This document shows positions 62,622 through 64,000 of a stretch of DNA of 64,000 bases, piece after piece. This stretch comes from a virus (Duplodnaviria > Caudoviricetes). The notes below the pieces were generated by a model. That model saw only the letters and a list, made by a program, of their open reading frames with translations. It was not told the DNA's origin and did not search any database. The stretch is taken from the IMG/VR virus record IMGVR_UViG_3300037067_017859, positions 1 through 64,000 of that record, one strand, 5' to 3'. The translations under genes and the position numbers were made by a program. Position 1 is the first letter of the stretch, and the number at the start of each line of letters is the position of its first letter.

Positions 62622-63674
62622 TTACTGAAGATCAGGAAGCTTGGAGAAAGAGTCTTCGATGGCTTTCAATTCTCCATCATTAAGCTCTGAGAGTCCTGGG
62701 CGCCCGGGAGACAGTTCCTCACGGGTTTTGCCTTTTTTGGAAAGGTAATACTTGGTGATTCTCTCAATTTGAGCATCACGCTGTTTCCAGTATTCCCTCT
62801 CTGCTATTTCATCGGGGTCTAATTCTTCAAGTGGGGTTGTATTTGGTGGGGGAAGAGCCACTGGAGGCATCGGTTCCGGGAATTGAGGATTCTGCGCTGC
62901 TTCAATGGCGCTGGCGGTATCGGCTTCCAGCCTCATGACTTTGAACAATTCATTCTCGATACCCATTTGTTTTGCAGCCATAATGGTAAGCAATTTGTTC
63001 TTGTTAGCGGGATCGATCGAATCGATATTGAAGGCCATGCGTAAAACTACGAAGGGCTTATCCATTTCCTCTGGATAATAGCTGGTTTGGACTCCGAGAA
63101 GCGCCCGGAGCACCCGAAGTTTTGCTTTTGTAATGGTTTGTTGTTCAATATTTTGGCGCAGCTTGGCTAATTGCTCTGGATGTCCGGCCATGCCCAAGGC
63201 TTGGGGTGAGTCTTCGCGGAGATCATAACCAAACCCATCGCTTTGAGACCGGATCTGTCCGTCGATGTCACGAATATAACCAGTAGCCTGATACCGGCAA
63301 ACATGAGAATCTTTTCCATCATCCACTCGATGAATGGTAGAGGCTCCGGTTTTGGGATCTTCCCAGGAAACGCCGGCAAGCTGTTCCAGGCGCCATAACC
63401 CAATTTTCGTCAGACCAACTTTTCTGGTCCCTTTAATAGGGTAAAGCTCCTGGTCTATATATTCTCCCTTGTCGTTTTGTTTTCTGCTGATTGTGTATTG
63501 ATGAATAAAAACATTCCATCCCTGCGGGAGATAAGGGACAGCCGAACGGCAGAACGGCGTTAAGATGTGGGCTTTGTCCCGGGCTGCCATGAGTTCGTTT
63601 TGAATTGTTTCTAAATCGTGAGTAACCATACTGCGGAGTGCTAATGCTTGATTTGACGCCATGATACCCTCCAA
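62622..63674 (-). CDS. Hypothetical protein, possible recombination/annealing factor
   Basis: Long ORF upstream of the SbcCD/SSB module; function inferred from context only. Confidence 0.4.
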   Translation of the reverse strand: MEGIMASNQALALRSMVTHDLETIQNELMAARDKAHILTPFCRSAVPYLPQGWNVFIHQYTISRKQNDKGEYIDQELYPIKGTRKVGLTKIGLWRLEQLAGVSWEDPKTGASTIHRVDDGKDSHVCRYQATGYIRDIDGQIRSQSDGFGYDLREDSPQALGMAGHPEQLAKLRQNIEQQTITKAKLRVLRALLGVQTSYYPEEMDKPFVVLRMAFNIDSIDPANKNKLLTIMAAKQMGIENELFKVMRLEADTASAIEAAQNPQFPEPMPPVALPPPNTTPLEELDPDEIAEREYWKQRDAQIERITKYYLSKKGKTREELSPGRPGLSELNDGELKAIEDSFSKLPDLQ

Positions 63675-63765
63675 TTAATACTTCTATTGTTCTCTAGGGA
63701 CTTCCATAATCTCCAGAGGGTTTGACTGAGCCACTATAGATTTCGAGTTATAATAATGTCAATGC

Positions 63766-63812
63766 AAAAAAATACCGCTCTCCGGATCGGGCGAGATTCC
63801 GAAGAGCGGTAT
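63766..63812 (-). terminator. Intrinsic terminator
   Basis: AATACCGCTC...GAGCGGTATT stem followed by a T run on the minus strand. Confidence 0.7.
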
Positions 63813-64000
63813 TACGGGCACAGAGGTTCCAACCAAATATTATAGTGGTTCCTCTATGGGTGGTTCTACAGCCGGATTATCGATCGCGGCGATGGCTTTT
63901 GCTGTATCGGCCAAAGCGGCAACCTTGTTCTGGATTTCAGTCATTCCCGCCAATACTTCGGGCGGAGTTTGATTGCTGGCGCTTTTGAGGCGTTCAATGT

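Overview
This 64 kb window comes from a large tailed dsDNA phage. It carries terminase large subunit, DnaB/DnaC-like/initiator, SSB, SbcCD, RusA, dUTPase and DNA methyltransferases. Most genes are on the minus strand, with a plus-strand, early-gene-like block at about 37.6-45.6 kb. The standout locus is 7.2-11.7 kb (minus strand). A Ro60/TROVE-like vWA protein lies downstream of an array of seven RNA cassettes that share a Y-RNA-like closing stem (5' arm: stem-YACUG-stem-UACAUG; 3' arm: stem-CGACUU-stem). Five cassettes hold complete but circularly permuted tRNAs, each broken at a different position. In all five the 3' piece starts at the G of UACAU|G, and joining there rebuilds a cloverleaf (one acceptor mismatch in one case). 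A sixth cassette holds a permuted tmRNA-like tRNA domain (G3:U70), and the seventh a non-tRNA hairpin. An HNH gene, a solitary type I-C-like CRISPR repeat and further structured RNAs are interleaved. A GGQ release-factor-like gene and six conventional tRNAs follow downstream. Other signals are a two-hairpin leader repeated before six early genes, a dispersed 15-bp palindrome, and a J-domain-kinase/vWA/PurA-like module. All calls were made by eye from motifs; no database searches or folding programs were run.
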